Source: a virus
Lineage: Duplodnaviria; Caudoviricetes
Reading direction: 5' to 3' (one strand)
IMG/VR virus record: IMGVR_UViG_3300048838_001102
Coordinates: 1 to 58,038 of that record
DNA length: 58,038 bases
Shown here: positions 56,413 to 58,038 of the stretch, in pieces
Layout: the number at the start of each line of letters is the position of its first letter
Position numbering within the stretch: position 1 is the first letter of the stretch
Notes under the pieces: generated by a model
Seen by the model: the letters and a program-made list of their open reading frames with translations, nothing else
Databases searched by the model: none
Told to the model about the DNA's origin: nothing
Made by a program: the position numbers and the translations under genes

Positions 56413-56562
56413 ATGATAACAGGCAACGAAGATTTAACTGTGCAATTTGGAGAAGATCCCCCGTGGGATGACGATCCGCCTGAAAATGGATACGACGAAT
56501 ACCCTGGTGGATACAGCGACTATGACCAGTACCAGCAATCGAAAGGATGGTGTTCAACATGA
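56413..56562 (+). CDS. 49-aa highly acidic protein
   Basis: GGAGGTG RBS; MITGNEDLTVQFGEDPPWDDDPPENGYDEY...; ATGA overlap with next gene. Confidence 0.55.
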   Translation: MITGNEDLTVQFGEDPPWDDDPPENGYDEYPGGYSDYDQYQQSKGWCST

Positions 56563-57011
56563 ATTGGACGAGCGAACTACCAAAGAGGAGCGGGTATTAT
56601 TGGTATTTAGGGCCGGTGATGAAAAAGGATTTCGATCGTATCAAACTTGGCGCTGATATACGCGATTGCACGTGGGGTCCAATTATCGCAGGGGTTGGAA
56701 TTTGCCATACAGAAATACCATCAGGCGATGGCAATCCTCACCATGAACGGATGTGGAATGAAGGCCGTATAGTCGTAGAGTTTTACGGTTCGACTGTCAG
56801 AAGGACATTAAATGAGATGCCAAAAGGAGTGCTATGGGCTGGACCCATTAGACCACCCATATCGGATTGGGCTTGGCACTTGCAACCAAAAGACAAAATA
56901 GAGTCTAAGCCCTTCGAATTAGAAATTGATGCGTCTGAAATTTCAGCATGGGGTGAGGCGTGCGCGAAGGCGGAAGGCTATTACAATAGCATTGTCGGCG
57001 ACGGTATTTGA
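56559..57011 (+). CDS. Hypothetical protein
   Basis: WT.ELP..SGYYW..WAGPI.PP motif. Confidence 0.7.
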   Translation: MNWTSELPKRSGYYWYLGPVMKKDFDRIKLGADIRDCTWGPIIAGVGICHTEIPSGDGNPHHERMWNEGRIVVEFYGSTVRRTLNEMPKGVLWAGPIRPPISDWAWHLQPKDKIESKPFELEIDASEISAWGEACAKAEGYYNSIVGDGI

Positions 57012-57026
57012 CGGATTGGAGGTGTG

Positions 57027-57362
57027 ATGAACAAGGAACAATTTATTGCAAAAGAGATAGAAAAAAATAAAGCCGCCTTCGGGCGGTGGTATTCTTCTAC
57101 AAAAAAAAACTCTGCTAATGAGATGAAATTAATTTTTGGAGAGCCACCACGGAATAAAGAAGAAACATTGCAACACGGCAACGCACTCGCAAATACCGGC
57201 AATTACCCGATTGGAACAAACGAATGTTTTAATGTCGGCATTGCCGGTGGGTGTGGACCTGAGTGCTTTGTGTATTTGGAAGGCGGATGCGATGTTCCAG
57301 ATGAAATGACTCCGCGCCTTGATGCGGCAGGCATGGAAATTCATAAACGGTTATATAGATAG
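57027..57362 (+). CDS. Hypothetical Cys-containing protein
   Basis: GGAGGTG RBS; its 3' half is the 156-bp repeat. Confidence 0.7.
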   Translation: MNKEQFIAKEIEKNKAAFGRWYSSTKKNSANEMKLIFGEPPRNKEETLQHGNALANTGNYPIGTNECFNVGIAGGCGPECFVYLEGGCDVPDEMTPRLDAAGMEIHKRLYR

Positions 57363-57367
57363 ACGGG
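57212..57367 (+). repeat. 156-bp exact direct repeat (second copy 57883..58038)
   Basis: TGGAACAAACGAATG...TAGATAGACGGG in both places. Confidence 0.95.
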
Positions 57368-57455
57368 TTGAGGCAACGTGCGACGCCGCGGTAAGGGTCA
57401 TAAAGCGCGACCCTGGCGGCGCTTGGCAAAATCCTTAAACGATCGGGGTGGATCG

Positions 57456-57863
57456 ATGTTAAAAGCTAAAGTATCAATATCAAGAAATAGCAAAGATATT
57501 ATTTCAATACGATTCACAGATTGCGCTTCTGGTATAACATTTGCTGAAGCTGAAATGAGCCTTAATAATTTTGCTTCAGCTATTACTGGACTTTCTCGCC
57601 AAGACGCAAACCTTAAAATTAATGATCTTAATTTTGTTGGTAAAAAATATGTAACAGAACCAAGAAGAATATCTTGCCCACTAAAAACATATAATAGAGA
57701 AACATTGGAAAAATGGTTGGAGGAAAACGCACAAGAAGAAGGTTGGCTTGTCAAAACATATTTAGGTTCTCAAGATTCCATATCATATATAGGAGATACA
57801 ACATATCTAAATTACAGAGTCGTCAAATATGTCGATATGGAGGCCGATGATGAAAACGCGTGA
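57456..57863 (+). CDS. AT-rich hypothetical protein between the 156-bp repeats
   Basis: GGGGTGGA RBS; visibly more AT-rich than flanks. Confidence 0.7.
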   Translation: MLKAKVSISRNSKDIISIRFTDCASGITFAEAEMSLNNFASAITGLSRQDANLKINDLNFVGKKYVTEPRRISCPLKTYNRETLEKWLEENAQEEGWLVKTYLGSQDSISYIGDTTYLNYRVVKYVDMEADDENA

Positions 57864-58038
57864 CGGTTGCAAATATGCAGGATGGAACAAACGAATGTTT
57901 TAATGTCGGCATTGCCGGTGGGTGTGGACCTGAGTGCTTTGTGTATTTGGAAGGCGGATGCGATGTTCCAGATGAAATGACTCCGCGCCTTGATGCGGCA
58001 GGCATGGAAATTCATAAACGGTTATATAGATAGACGGG

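Overview
Apparently complete, circularly closed (127-nt end overlap) ~57.9-kb genome of a tailed dsDNA phage with podovirus-type architecture. The minus strand from 1.1 to 33.6 kb is the late/virion operon: small terminase, large terminase with a LAGLIDADG intein, P22-like portal, scaffold, N4-gp56-type major capsid, tail tube proteins, GNAT, ejection proteins including a 2243-aa polyvalent protein, five signal-peptide-bearing surface/adhesin proteins, a permuted NlpC/P60 protein and TraR/DksA. The plus strand from 33.7 to 39.5 kb has a short tyrosine recombinase, a ~0.9-kb non-coding tract of palindromes that includes a perfect chromosomal-type parS, and a direct-repeat-bounded array of small early-type genes. 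An iteron-rich tract (39.6-40.1 kb) abuts a primase-helicase. The plus strand from 42.6 to 58 kb is an APSE-like replication module (adenine MTase, SNF2 helicase, radical SAM, DUF2800 nuclease, DUF2815 SSB, family A polymerase, DUF5664, RuvC) plus small mosaic genes. Most unusual signals: two tRNA-Leu-framed RNAs carrying large inserts, the parS/palindrome array with no phage parAB, a predicted ~90-nt anti-Shine-Dalgarno sRNA with a shared promoter motif, and several direct-repeat-bounded gene blocks. All family calls are by motif recognition; no database search was run.
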